Positions 24,443 through 36,298 of a stretch of DNA of 64,000 nt are shown here, piece by piece. The stretch comes from Curvularia clavata (lineage: Eukaryota). The notes beneath the pieces are model-generated. The model had not been told where the DNA came from. It saw nothing but the letters and a program-made list of their open reading frames with translations, and did not search any database. Every line of letters begins with the position of its first letter. Position 1 is the stretch's first letter. The stretch is taken from positions 4,836,001 to 4,900,000 of the forward strand of contig CP089275.1 of assembly GCA_023920165.1 (NCBI GenBank), given 5' to 3'. Both the position numbers and the translations under genes were made by a program.

Positions 24443-26284
24443 ACGTGCGCCACCAGTGAGCTGGCCACACCAGTGAGCTGGCCGCCCCACCAAACCTGAC
24501 CTGCCGCGACACACAATAGATCCACAACAACGTGATGAAATTAGATAGAATATGGAAGTAACATTCACTATCTAGTTTTGAAGGTAGTCCGAGTGTGTCC
24601 TTGAACGTGGCACTTCGTGCACGTTAGCGGCGCGCGTTGACGTCGCTGACTGCCCTCACTCTGCCCAACCTCCGCGACCACCCTTTCTACCTCTGCAGCA
24701 AGCTGCTGAGCCTGCTGCACCCGAAGAACTCCACCAGAAGCAATATATTAACGCCGCTAATCTTACTTCTATCTTAGCCGCTCACTACCTTAACGTAGTT
24801 TCTTATTTTCTTCAGCAAGTATTATTACTAATTGCATTACAATCTAACAGCCTTTAATAACTTAACAGAGAAGTTGGCTTATTAGACTCTAAGATTCCCG
24901 ATAAGGCCTATCTTAAAGACATTTTGCTTGCTGCTAAAGCTGAGCTACTATATAGGGCGTCTCTACTTACTAGGCGCTATTAGTAGTCCCGCTATCTATA
25001 ATTATCTATAGTAGAGATAGCGTCCAGATAATAGTTAGTGACGAAAGAACACAATCTAGACGAAAAGGAATAAGACCTGTCGCCCAGAAGCCTACCTAAA
25101 TATTCTACTACATAAATATTATTAGTCAGATCTGCGTATAGGCTATAAGGAAGTCTATCTTATCAATATAGTAGACGCCTTAACAGACAAGCTCATCAAC
25201 CTCACGTCTATACGCGCGCTTAAGAGGAGAGTAGCAGCCTACGTCTAGAGGCTAGAGAAGATGGGAGGTATAGGGTGGCATACAGAGAGTAATAATCTTG
25301 TTCTCGGCGCAGTATTAGTCGAACTCTAGCATAGCATAGCTACCATAGCCGTCTACGATAAGAAGCCGATAGTCTCCAGCTATACGAGCAGCTATATGTT
25401 AGTTGAAGTGCTTCACCCACTCTACACCGAGCTCATCTGTCGTCCAGCCGTTGTCTGAGACGCCGACAGTCCAGTCAAGTAGGAGATCGCGATACTAGAT
25501 ATTCTGATAGACTTTACCAGACAGGATCACCAAAAGTAGTAGAGACTAACCAGACGCGTTAACACACTCAATTACTATAACCCACTCGCGATTGCCTAGC
25601 TCTACAACAGCTAGCCGTCTAACTCTTTTAGAGCTTATAACTACCTTTAACGATACAGCGACGCCTATCGCGAATCTAGTCTCGTCAAAGTTATAGATAT
25701 CTTAATCAAGGACGCCATACGTCTGGCGTATCTCCTCTACTAGCTTAAACTACGCTATAATCACTCTAAGATCCTCACAGCAGGCGCGCTAGCTATTAAG
25801 TCTTCTACTCCACTTTATCTAAAGCTCAGGCTGGCTCTAGATAAAGCGCGATACCCAGTTCTTACCAACTGGCTATAGAGGTGGATCTTAGCTACGCGCG
25901 GCAAGCAGAACGTCTGCCATTCGTCGCACGTCGATAATATAAGGCGGAAAGCCTCATTTATCTAGCTTTAGGATCTACTATACAAGAGACTGCTCTTCAA
26001 TAGGCGATAGCTTTCGTTTGGCAGAAGCTGTCTCTAATCGCGGCTAGACACCACGGAGACGTGTCTGAAGAGTCAATTTTAGCACATCGTACGCTTTTGC
26101 GAGAGCGTAGATAGATTGATTTAGATTATTATAATAAGAAGCTACAGCAAGACTAGTTCTGTCTTTACGAGAAGTTGATTGAGCGCGTAGTTGTCGCGGC
26201 ATTGTGGTGGTTGTGGAGAGAGTTGGGTCAGGTTTGGTGGGGCGGCCAGCTCACTGGTGTGGCCAGCTCACTGGTGGCGCACGT
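24443..26284 (-). mobile_element. Fot1/pogo-like DNA transposon A (1842 bp), heavily RIP-mutated
   Basis: Perfect 59-bp TIRs (24443-24501 / 26226-26284) starting ACGT; TA at 24441-42 and 26285-86; internal transposase relic. Confidence 0.95.
24568..26202 (-). pseudogene. RIP-inactivated pogo transposase of element A (1635-nt frame)
   Basis: ATG at 26202 (MPRQLRAQSTSR..), YNFDET motif, W.VGVSDNGWTTDELGVEWVKHF, C-terminal CTKCHVQGHTR; many TAG/TAA stops of C>T / G>A type. Confidence 0.9.
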
Positions 26285-26286
26285 TA

Positions 26287-28128
26287 ACGTCAAAGATCAG
26301 TAAGCTGCGCGGATCAGTAAGCTGCGCACCCCACCCAACCTGACGCGACACTCTCTACAACCACCACAATGCCGCGACAACAACGTTCGATACAGACTTC
26401 ACGTGAAGGTAGACTTTGTCTTGCTGTAGTTTCATATCAAAATAACCAAAAACAATCTCTCTACGCACTTGCAGCAGCGTACGACGTGCCAGAATCAACG
26501 CTACGAACGCGTCTCCGCGGTACCCAGCCACGAGCAGAGACAGTCTCTGTCAACCGTAAGCTATCACCAATTGAAGAGCAGTCTCTTGTAAAATGGATCC
26601 TAGCCCTTGATTAGCGTGGTTTCCCACCCTATATTATTAACGTACGACGGATGGCAGACGCTCTACTTGCTGCGCGTGGTCAAGATCCACCTCCACAACC
26701 TGTTAGCAAGAAGTGGGTATCGCGCTTTATCCAAAGCCAGGCAGAGCTTCAGATAAAATAGACTAGAAGATTACATAGTCAGCGCGCTTTCTGCAAAGAT
26801 CCTATCGCAATTGCAGCCTGGTTTAAGCTAGTAGAAGAGACGCGCCAAACGTACAGCGTTCTTGACCAGGATATCTACAACTTTGACGAGACTGGATTCG
26901 CGATAGGCGTTACTACAACGTCAAAAGTAGTTACTAGCTCTAATAGAGTTGGTAGAGCAGTTGTCGTACAGCCAGGCAATCGCGAGTGGGTTACAGCTAT
27001 CGAGTGCGTCAACGCGTCTGGCTGGTCTCTCCCACCATTTATGATTCTATCTGGCAAAGTCCACCAGGCTGGCTGGTATGATGGGCTCCCACTTGACTGG
27101 ACTGTTGGTGTGTCAGGTAACGGCTGGACGACAGACGAGCTTGGTGTAGAGTGGGTAAAGCACTACAATCAGCATACAGCGGCTCGAACAGCTAGAGTCT
27201 ATCGGCTTCTTATCCTCGACGGCCATAGTAGCCACGCCACGCCAGAGTTCGACCAGTACTGCGCTGATAATAAGATTATTACTCTCTGTATGCCCCCACA
27301 TACGTCGCATCTGCTCCAGCCACTTGATGTGGGCTGTTTTTCCCCGCTTAAACGCGTGTACGGTCGTGAGATTGAGGAGCTCGCTCGACAAGGTGTCTAC
27401 CATATCGATAAGATCGACTTTCTTACAGTCTATATATAGATCCGACAGACAGTTTTCACGCTGCAGAATATCTAAGCAGGCTTCCAAGCAATAGGTCTAA
27501 TCCCTCTCTGTCCAGAGCGTGTTTTATCATCGCTAACAGTCGTCCGAACGCCATCTCCACTACGGATAGACGTAGGCAGTACTACTATAACGCAGGCAGA
27601 AACGCCGCATACAGTAGAGCAGCTTCGGCAGCAGGTGCTCTATCTCCAAGAGCGGCTGCGCCAGCAACGCCGGCAGTTAGATAGCCCAACAAGCGTCGCT
27701 ATACGCCAGCTTGCAAAAAGCACTCAGCTTGCAATGCAATCAGCAACAATACCTGCAGAGGAAAATAAGAAGCTACGTATAGCCAACCAGCGTCAAAAAC
27801 GAAAGCAGGATGGGCGGCGTCAATATATTGCTTCTGGTGGAGCTCTCCAGGTACAACGGGCTCAGCAGCTTACTGCAGAGGTAGAAAGGGTAGTTATGGG
27901 CACTGAGTAGAGTGAGGGCAATCAGCAACGTCAGCGCGCGCCACCAACGTGTTCGAAGTGCCATATTCAAGGACACACTCGCACTTCATGTAGAGATAGA
28001 TAATTAATTATATCTCTTCATCTTGTTAAATTTTATTGCGTTGTTGTAAATCAATTGCGCAAAGAGTCGCGTCAGGTTGGGTGGGGTGCGCAGCTTACTG
28101 ATCCGCGCAGCTTACTGATCTTTGACGT
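26287..28128 (+). mobile_element. Fot1/pogo-like DNA transposon B (1842 bp), lightly RIP-mutated
   Basis: Perfect 63-bp TIRs (26287-26349 / 28066-28128) starting ACGT; TA at 26285-86 and 28129-30. Confidence 0.95.
26369..28003 (+). pseudogene. pogo/Fot1 DD35D transposase of element B with 5 premature stops
   Basis: HTH (AAAYDVPESTLRTRL), YNFDETGF, LILDGHSSH-35 aa-QPLD, CCHC tail CSKCHIQGHTRTSC. In-frame stops at 26612, 26759, 27437, 27473 and 27908 are all explainable as CAG/CAA/TGG to TAG/TAA. Confidence 0.92.
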
Positions 28129-28377
28129 TAGGTAATTGGCGGCAACAACAGATATGGCATTCGACAACCAGTCAACGTTGAAGGGTTGAAACTAGATCGA
28201 ATACGCATGGCGATATCCATCCATCATAGCACTAGTGGAAACACAGAGGTATTCAAAGCCATTTCAAGTAGCAGTCTTTCAATATCATAATATTCACATG
28301 TCCCCAGCTCTGCATTGATGTAGACTGTATCTTGTAAAATGATCACGACAACTAGTCGTACCGCAAAGAAGAATGTT

Positions 28378-30227
28378 TTAAGCAGCTCGCTCAATGGTCG
28401 TCGTTCCCGCCTTGGTATAATCAACGGTGCCATCGGTAATGCCATGATTAACCGACTTCTCAACCGCCTTGGTAGCTTCATCGGCAAGGTTGTCTTCGAA
28501 CACTGTAGGAGGCACAAAGTCAGCAAATGATACCTAAGAAAAATTATTAGAGAAGATGGGTCCAACTTACAGAATGTCAATTCTTCAAGCGTGCGGTTGT
28601 ACGTCTCAGGGTACATGAAATAGACGAACATGAATTCGAATGAAATCCATCCGCAGTAAATGGCAAAGTACCTCCACTCGATGGCGGTAAGAGCGATGGG
28701 GTTGACGTAGATAGAGAAGAAACCAGCAAGCTTTCCAAAGATTTGTTCAGTGCCGATACCCATGGTTCTTTGGGCATAAGGGAACAGTTCTACAAGGTAG
28801 GTGTATGTAAGCGAGTTGTTTCCGATGTTGTAGCAAGGCGAATAGGCGAAGTAGAAGAACAGAGATGCGATCTGAGCCGCGTTGTTCTTCGTATCCGCTT
28901 TGTCGGCTACTTGCATGGCGTGGAGGGTAATAGTAATGGCCATGAAAACCATCACCATGGATCCAGCGGAAAGCATAAACATCCAGCGGCGGCGGAAACG
29001 AGTGACCACGAGGGCGATAATGACAGCATTCAGCAAACTCCAGCACTGGTTGGCCATGTTGATGCGCGTCTTGACGCTGTCGTTGGTGAAACCCATCAAG
29101 TTGAAGAGCAGTTTCTGGTAGTAAGAGAGCAGAGTGTTGCCACTCATCTGAGTGAACAAACCAAGGAAAGAGGCGATGACCACACGTCGGCGCATACCAG
29201 GAGTGCGAACCATGTCCATCCAGGATTGCTTGGAGTTCTCCATTTCGAGCTTGATAGTGGATCGGATTTGGGCCATTTCAGCGTGCACGAGGACAGAGTT
29301 GGCGTCTCCTTCGGCGTGGTATTTGACCAGAACAGCAAGTGCCTCCTCCTCACGATCACGGCTGATAAGCCAACGAGGACTTTCAGGGAGCAACCTAATC
29401 ACATCAGTCAGCAGGAGTTTGTTTTAGTTTGAACTACATTCATACCAAACGGTGCAAATCTGCAATAGGGATGGGCAAATCTGGAGGAGTGAAGGAATCC
29501 TCCAGCCCCAGTCTCCTGTGATGTCGGTTGTCTTGATGGAAATCGCAGCGGCGACAATCGAACCGATAAAGTACGAGGCGTTGAAAAGGGAAGTCATGAA
29601 AGGTCGTTCTTTCGGGTAGGCAAGCTCTCCAATCAGGGACGATCCGGAGACGATGGCAAAGAGGATTCCAAATCCAAGCAGCATGCGTGCAATGATGTAC
29701 ATAGCGACTAATGACTGGTAAGAAACGATTTTTTAGCGGTGGATTTTGGTTAAAACTCACTGTGCTGGGCAAATCCTTGCAGGATGGCACCAATGACCAT
29801 GATGACGGAACCCACGAAGACAGACATGCGCCTGCCGTAGGTTTGGCTTAGCCATGGGGCGACAGGGACTGCGAGAATGGAGCCGAGTTGATAACACGAA
29901 GACATGAAACCGATAATGCGCGGGTCGATTGAAGGTTTTTTGTCCTTGTCCAGGTAGCCATCTCCGAAATCTACAATTCTTAGTACCTATCAAAGGCGGG
30001 AAAAACACACAGAACGTACACTTGTTGAACGGAGTCGAGAATTGGAGCGTGCCGATGAGCTGAGAGTCAAAACCGGATGTGATCTCAACGCCCATGCAGC
30101 AGCAGAAGAGCCAAACATACATGAGTCGGAGGTTTTTTTTCTTCCACCATCGCACCTTGTCCTGCTCCACCATGCGAGTGATGATGGGCTCGGCAGATGT
30201 TGCCTCCGGCTGCTTTAGGAGACCCAT
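28378..30227 (-). CDS. MFS sugar porter, lactose permease/cellodextrin transporter (Lac12/CDT-like) family, 5 exons
   Basis: Introns 29971-30019, 29708-29760, 29395-29445 and 28503-28570. Motifs TSGFDSQ, ELAYPKER, WGWRIPSLLQ, PESPRWL, QMSGN, TYLVELFPY..R, PETYNRTLEEL. Confidence 0.9.
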
Positions 30228-30296
30228 GATGACGGGGTTGAGAGCAATGAAGTGAGAACGGGTGCTGGGTGTCGAGCATGCTGGAAGTTTACATGC

Positions 30297-30466
30297 TTTA
30301 TACAGCCGACTGCTGCAAACATGGCCCACTACCCCGGCTCGTTACCCCAGACACTCCGGGACCTGGGGTGGCTAAGACGGAGAACGTGACCGTAATACCG
30401 AAGCGGGATCCCATATTGGAGAAGCGTGTCGGCAGATTGGGCTTGCATGGCTTGGCACCGGCTAAA
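30297..30466 (-). promoter_or_regulatory. Putative promoter of the sugar transporter: TATA, CreA-type and XlnR-type sites
   Basis: TATAAA (minus) 30297-30302; SYGGRG matches at 30332-30337 and 30363-30368; GGCTAA 30370-30375 and GGCTAAA 30460-30466. Confidence 0.45.
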
Positions 30467-31750
30467 TTGATCTTGTTTGTCCAATGACCGGATGCTGATG
30501 CACCGAATCGTGCTTGTAGTTGGCCGAACATGCGCCTCTTTCGTATAACAAAGCTACCCAAACCGTCTTTTAACCTATTCACCGTGAAGTGAACCAGGCC
30601 GTCGGGGGTTGCACTTTGGTGTTGCAGTGGCACGAGCGGTTTGCGCCTCTCGGAGCCCTCGTTGTGTGTGACTAGGATGCCTTAACCCGATAGTTTGGGG
30701 TGCATACTGTGCACCGTTGCGATTGGATAGTCGACTCTGCCAATGTCGAAACAATTTGACAGGTCAGGGCAAAGTTATGGAATAGATTGCCCCTGCCACG
30801 GCGGTTTTTGCCCTGCCACAAGTACGGCATGGATGCAGATAATGCTGATGACAGTGTACCCACAAGTAAGATGGGAGCGAGCCGTCTGACCGCGCATCAC
30901 AACCACAGTTCACGTACGGCAAGCTCTCGTGATGTTGGTGCCATAGTAAGTGGCGGCGGAACTGGCGACGGGACAAGCGCTGTCACCTCGTGGAAATCCC
31001 GCCCGAGCGGAGCCAAGCCTGTGAGTTCCATTGGGCTCATGGGTGTGTCTGCCGTTGGGGATGAGGAAGCATGGCGATTCGCTCCGACAGCGCAAGCGAG
31101 GGATTATACTGGACCACCATGTCGACCGCTTATGCAAGTCAATCAAAGAACAGGTCGCCGTGTTGGATGCCTTAGCAATCGATAACGCTTCGCGGCAACA
31201 AGGTGAAGTGCGAAATGCCGGAAAAGCTGTACAAAGGACTTAAGGCAGCCTGTTCGCAAGGCACCTGGCCAACCTCGGACGGCAATGCCGAATAAAATCA
31301 TCACGTGACTATCAAAAAGCCATGGCAGCCGTGGCTACGCCTAATTCCTACAAATGCTGGGCATGACGGATTAAGGTCTTGCTAACCCACCTCAATCGTC
31401 GAATCGAACAGAATTTAGCGCGGCCAAGCCATATATATGCCCGTCGATCCTACAACCACACCATCAGCAATTTCCAAATATGCTACAGTTTTACGGTTAT
31501 GAGTACGCATATCAGCACGCACCAAAGTCATCAGGAGAAACAGATATTCATTAGGCTCATTGCTGCGGCGATTTAGAATATACTAACAACATATGCTGCG
31601 CTAGACACAAACGCCGAGCCAGCATGCCCTTACATACTAAAGCAACATGGGAAGGAATCAAAGAGATAGTTTGGGGTATCATTTCCGTATGGCCAAATGC
31701 TGGCATGTGCTGTCGTGAACAGCTGATAAAAAGCTGAATTAGGTTGTTGC

Positions 31751-32306
31751 TTAGACGTTGGTCATGGGCGGAGCGGGATCGCTGTTTGGTGAGCCGCGAA
31801 TGTGCATCACAGCAAGCACGGTGGTGGCAACAAAGGTCAACCTAGACAAGTCAGAAGGTCGTCACCCATGGCCAGAGACTGATGGTGTACGTACCAGATG
31901 AATGCTCCGAAAATAATGGCGGCGACACCGCAGCTCCAGAAGGTACCATGGCCAACCCACCACTGGTCGCCCCACAACGAAGCAACGGCAACAAAAGCTG
32001 CGAACCAGAAGACCATGGTGACGAACTCGGCACCGGCGATGGCATACTTGTGGGCAGCGGCAGGGAAGCGGGTCGGTGCGAGAATCAGGTAGGCGACGAC
32101 CAGCAGTGTCCAGATGGAAGCGAATAGCATAAAGGCAACGCTGCCCGGCACCCACGTGATGTATGCATCAACGACTGCGATATGGGTTAGCAGAGTCTGG
32201 CAAAGCAGGGCTCACGTCACATACGGTACGCAGTCAGACCAAGGACGATGATGCTGAAGAGCACCTGGGCACCACGAAGGCCCATAAGAACAGCCGGAGC
32301 GACCAT
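31751..32306 (-). CDS. MARVEL (membrane-associating) domain protein, 3 exons
   Basis: Introns 32175-32224 and 31842-31894. LRGAQVLFSIIVLGL..FMLFASIWTLL..EFVTMVFWFAAF..C..AAIIFGAFIWLTF gives a four-TM MARVEL pattern. Confidence 0.85.
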
Positions 32307-35300
32307 GTTGGCAATATTAAACAGGCGATGAATGTGTGGTTGCCGGCGGTGGAAGAGTATGTGTGCGGCTAGGAATATCTACGGTGAGCAACAGTTCAGG
32401 AGAGACGTGTCGCAACAGCAGCTCCCCTGTGCTTTTATGCCTTTGACCACAGGCGCAGCAATGATGGATGCCGCGACAAGGGTGGGCTTGATTTCTTGAG
32501 ACCGACGTCACCTCAAGGTGGCGCATGACGACAAAAGCCGCAGGCCACGCGTCTGATTGGCCGTCTGCGCCCGTCACCAACCTTGGCACCTCGAGTGATG
32601 CGACGTGTTGCACCACGTTTCTCGCTGCTTCTTCTCTTTGCCCTGGCCCTGGAACCGCTCAACACAATGTCCCGCCCTCCTTTCATCTCAAAAAGACCCT
32701 GAAACTGACGGGTCTATTTCTGGACGCGTTTGCAATGCTGTTTCGACGCCCAGGTCTGGCGCCGGACGTTTTGGTGTCGCTTGTGGCGGTGCCTGTTTCA
32801 TTTTTTTGCTAGGTACTGCCTTGACCCGTTCTGCCGATCAGCAGTTGGCCAACAACGCACCGCTCTTCTAGACTTCACCGCTGCATGTTAAGGCCTGACT
32901 TTCCACACATCTACAGCCTGTCCATGCGTTGTTGGGCACAAACTGTTTGGGTGGCCGACACTGCCCATGAAAACACTTGCTAGAAGCAGCGTTTCAGTTG
33001 CTACGAGGGCGACGGCCTTCCCCAGATGAGCTTCGGGAATAATGACACCTGTGGTTCAGGCTGCTAGACAAAGATCTTCGACAGGCGACCGCTTCATCTC
33101 AAACCAATGCGCAGGCTAGCAGACACTTACCCCTCGCGCGCTGTGCACAGTGAGGTCGTCCGTTAAAAAGCAAGGCGTGGTTCCAGGCACGTTGAAGGCT
33201 AGGCATGCTCGTACTTGCTCATAGGCTCGTCCTTGGCCCAATCGACCAAGCCGCGAGACAACCATTATGACGCAAAGGTGAACTACCAGAGCCAGATGGC
33301 AGGCAGGGAGACTGACGAACAAAGAGTGATTCGGTTGGCGGTTGCGAATGACGTCTCAAACCACTAGCATGTTAGGGTTTGGCTTTCATGCCAAACAAAC
33401 CTGGAAAACAAAACATGGATGCAGCAAACTGCCCAGCACTCGAGCGTGAACATGGCAATGACCCTGCACTGATGTTTACGGGAGACCCTCATCGAACCAG
33501 TTGAGTTCAACATCAGCTATAGCTCACACCTTCGTTATGTCCCCCATTTCGCGCAAGGTTCATGCACCAAATTACAACTGTGAATCCAACCAAGTCGCTT
33601 TTTGATTTCTCCAAAACCGAACTCAGTTTATCCAAATGATGTTTAGCACTAATACCCATCTTGTCTCAGAGGGTCTCCTAGATCTACACACAATCCCAGG
33701 ATCCCAGTAGGTCGTGTTTCTCGCTGATGCACGCCCCACAAGCCAGTGGATATGAGTTGAGGGTGGCCGGTTGAGAGGACACTAGCGGGCTGTGTACCCC
33801 CGCTTTCTGTGCGTCCAGCCATAAGCATGCATGGCCCTGTACTGACTATGAAGCCTTCTCGCAGCATGCTGCTTCATCTGTCGAATCGCATCGCTTGCCT
33901 TGTTACCCACGAGGTTTAGGCGTGCCTGTGCGACGTACGGTTGGCTATAATGAATGATCCGAACAGCAGCAGGGCCTGGCAGTTGGCTTTGTGAGAAAAC
34001 TGCGAACATGACTGGACGAGGGAGTTTCGCATGACTGGCTGGCTGGTTGGTGTAGTACTCCTCGTTGCGGGTAAATGGCCTGCCTGTGTGAGAACGATCT
34101 CAGGGTTTTCTCTAGAATTAGCACTTTCAAAGTAGAGGAACTTGAAAGCCTCCCTAGAATACCGAATTTGAAGAATGCATCTAGGAAATGGAGACATGCG
34201 TAACATCACAAGGCGAAATTCTTACAATGACATATCTGCCTTCGCTCCGAGACAGTTTTCTCCTACCTCATTCCAAGGATGTACTGGAACGATATGAGCA
34301 CATATGCAGTGAATAGGATTCTGCACAAATCCAATCATCATGAGAGTCTCGAGCGATACTTGGGACCAGTGGGACGGCGCCAGCGGTGTGGTACCAAGAT
34401 ATTAGGCCGACACGGGAAAATGGCTATGAGAACCTACTGAAGTCAGCCACTATTGCATCTTTGACATGACCTGCTCGCGGTCTAGTAACGCGACTTCTGT
34501 TTGAACTACAGTTAGACAGAACAGAGTAGAGCATACAGCACTTGTCAACAGCGTACTACCATTACCAAAGAGAAAAGAATTACTCAGAACCGAGCCGAAG
34601 AGAGCGCAAAGGCTGCGCATATACAATGGGCATGCTTCTCCAACAAGGCTTCCTCTAGGATAAGAGATGACAATATAGAGAACCATGCCATGACATTTCC
34701 GCAAACATACTAGTGCGTTGCCTGCTTGAGAGTATGGCGTTGTGGTAGAGCTGAGGCATTCGCTGCTTAGTCTGGGTTCTCTACCATACACTGTCACTTA
34801 ATACCGTGATGAGTTCAGTTGCATGTGCAACCACCTAGAAATTAGGAGAGCTAGTACCAGGGCAAGAATATCGTGATTGGTGCACGAAAAACGGAAAACG
34901 CCGAGATCTGATGTCAGCAACGGGGGCATATCCAACGACGTCCATGGTAACGCTATAATCTAACAATGTGAAGAAAACGACAGGAATGAACATAAATCCC
35001 CAAATGCAGATCGTGTGCAACGCTGTGCCAATAAATGATCGTAGTACAGTAGCTTTGTCGACCCGGGAACGCGTCATTCATACGACCGAGTGTGTTCTAC
35101 AAAGGTAAAACGACCATCTCTTTTGAACACAACAGTGGTCGAAATGGAGAGTTTGGATCTTCTATACTGCCTCTTACCTATTGTCAACTGCCGGCATGGA
35201 GAAGAGTCAAGAGTTGGATGGAGATTGCGTATTTTGAGCGGCGCCAAGCGCCAGGTCAGCGGAAGATAGGTAGGATGCATATAAAAGTTACCTATTATCT

Positions 35301-36298
35301 AGGGTTCGCGAAGCTTTTTAAGCGTACAGACTATAGTTACGACACGTACAGACGATGCTGACGGAACGTATGATGCATTTCACGCACCTGCATGGCCAGT
35401 GCTGAGTGCTCGATATTACTGGACAGTCGCAAACCTGGTTTGAACCCGTCTTCTCTTCTTTGGGAAAGTCCTTGGAGTTGCTTATTGGATGATGATGCCC
35501 TGGGTGGAAAAGCAAAGCAGCGAGGAAAAAGAGTTGGACGATTGGTTGTTGCCGCTGGCATAACCGCAATGCATTCTGAATGGCGTGTCCCGTCTGAACA
35601 CAGGTAAGGTTTTGATCGATCTACAGACAGCAGACCAATGCGAAGAAATAGAACTATGAAATGAAGACTGGGAGTTAAAGGAAGGATGCGATAAGGGCAG
35701 CGTACCTACCAGACTAGCGACTTGACAGCGCCTTGGCATGCTGTGTGGAATCTCAAGAAGAACATTCGCCCCTTGCATCACCAACCAATCTATCGGCTGC
35801 CCCCACAAAAGAATACCGACGATCGAACCATGTCCATCATTTGGCATACAGGATGGACTCACTGCTTCGCCAGTTGTTCAACAATGCCGCCACCACCCGC
35901 GACTCAATCTACCTTCCTATCTCATTAAATGCGTATCCAAATATTACGGCCGCCAGCCAAAGGCGCCCAACACCGACCTTGTTTATCCGGGCGGTGGATT
36001 GCTTTGGTTCTCTTGGCAAAGGCCAGCGGGTCTTGGGTTTGCTTAACACCTGCTCGATAAGGAAGCTCGGATGCGAACACCAATTGGAGCAATTTGCGAC
36101 TCGACAGTACATAAGAACACAATGGTACCTTTGGTGCACGGCACGGTCGCTCTGGCGTTTTCGTCTCGTTTTCTCGTACGACAAGTTGTTCGGGCGATCA
36201 AGTAGTGCGCAGACGTCATCCCTGCACTCGAGGCTTCTGCGCGGGCTTCAGCAACCAGCCTTCTTCATTGAAAGGTTCCACAGCCCAATACCTTCAAT

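Noticed and set aside
24443..26349. Short direct repeats resembling a mini-CRISPR or tandem array
   Set aside because: Only two adjacent units with no spacers, and they lie inside transposon TIRs.
24443..28128. Single composite element or assembly-generated inverted duplication
   Set aside because: Each half has its own matching TIR pair, and the halves are substantially diverged.
12900..28130. Starship giant transposon
   Set aside because: No DUF3435 tyrosine-recombinase captain or boundary repeats recognisable.
32400..36290. Many short ORFs in the MARVEL-DPP4 intergenic region, including the 201-aa ORF at 35733-36338
   Set aside because: No motifs, no consistent splice model, non-coding-like composition; treated as divergent promoter DNA.
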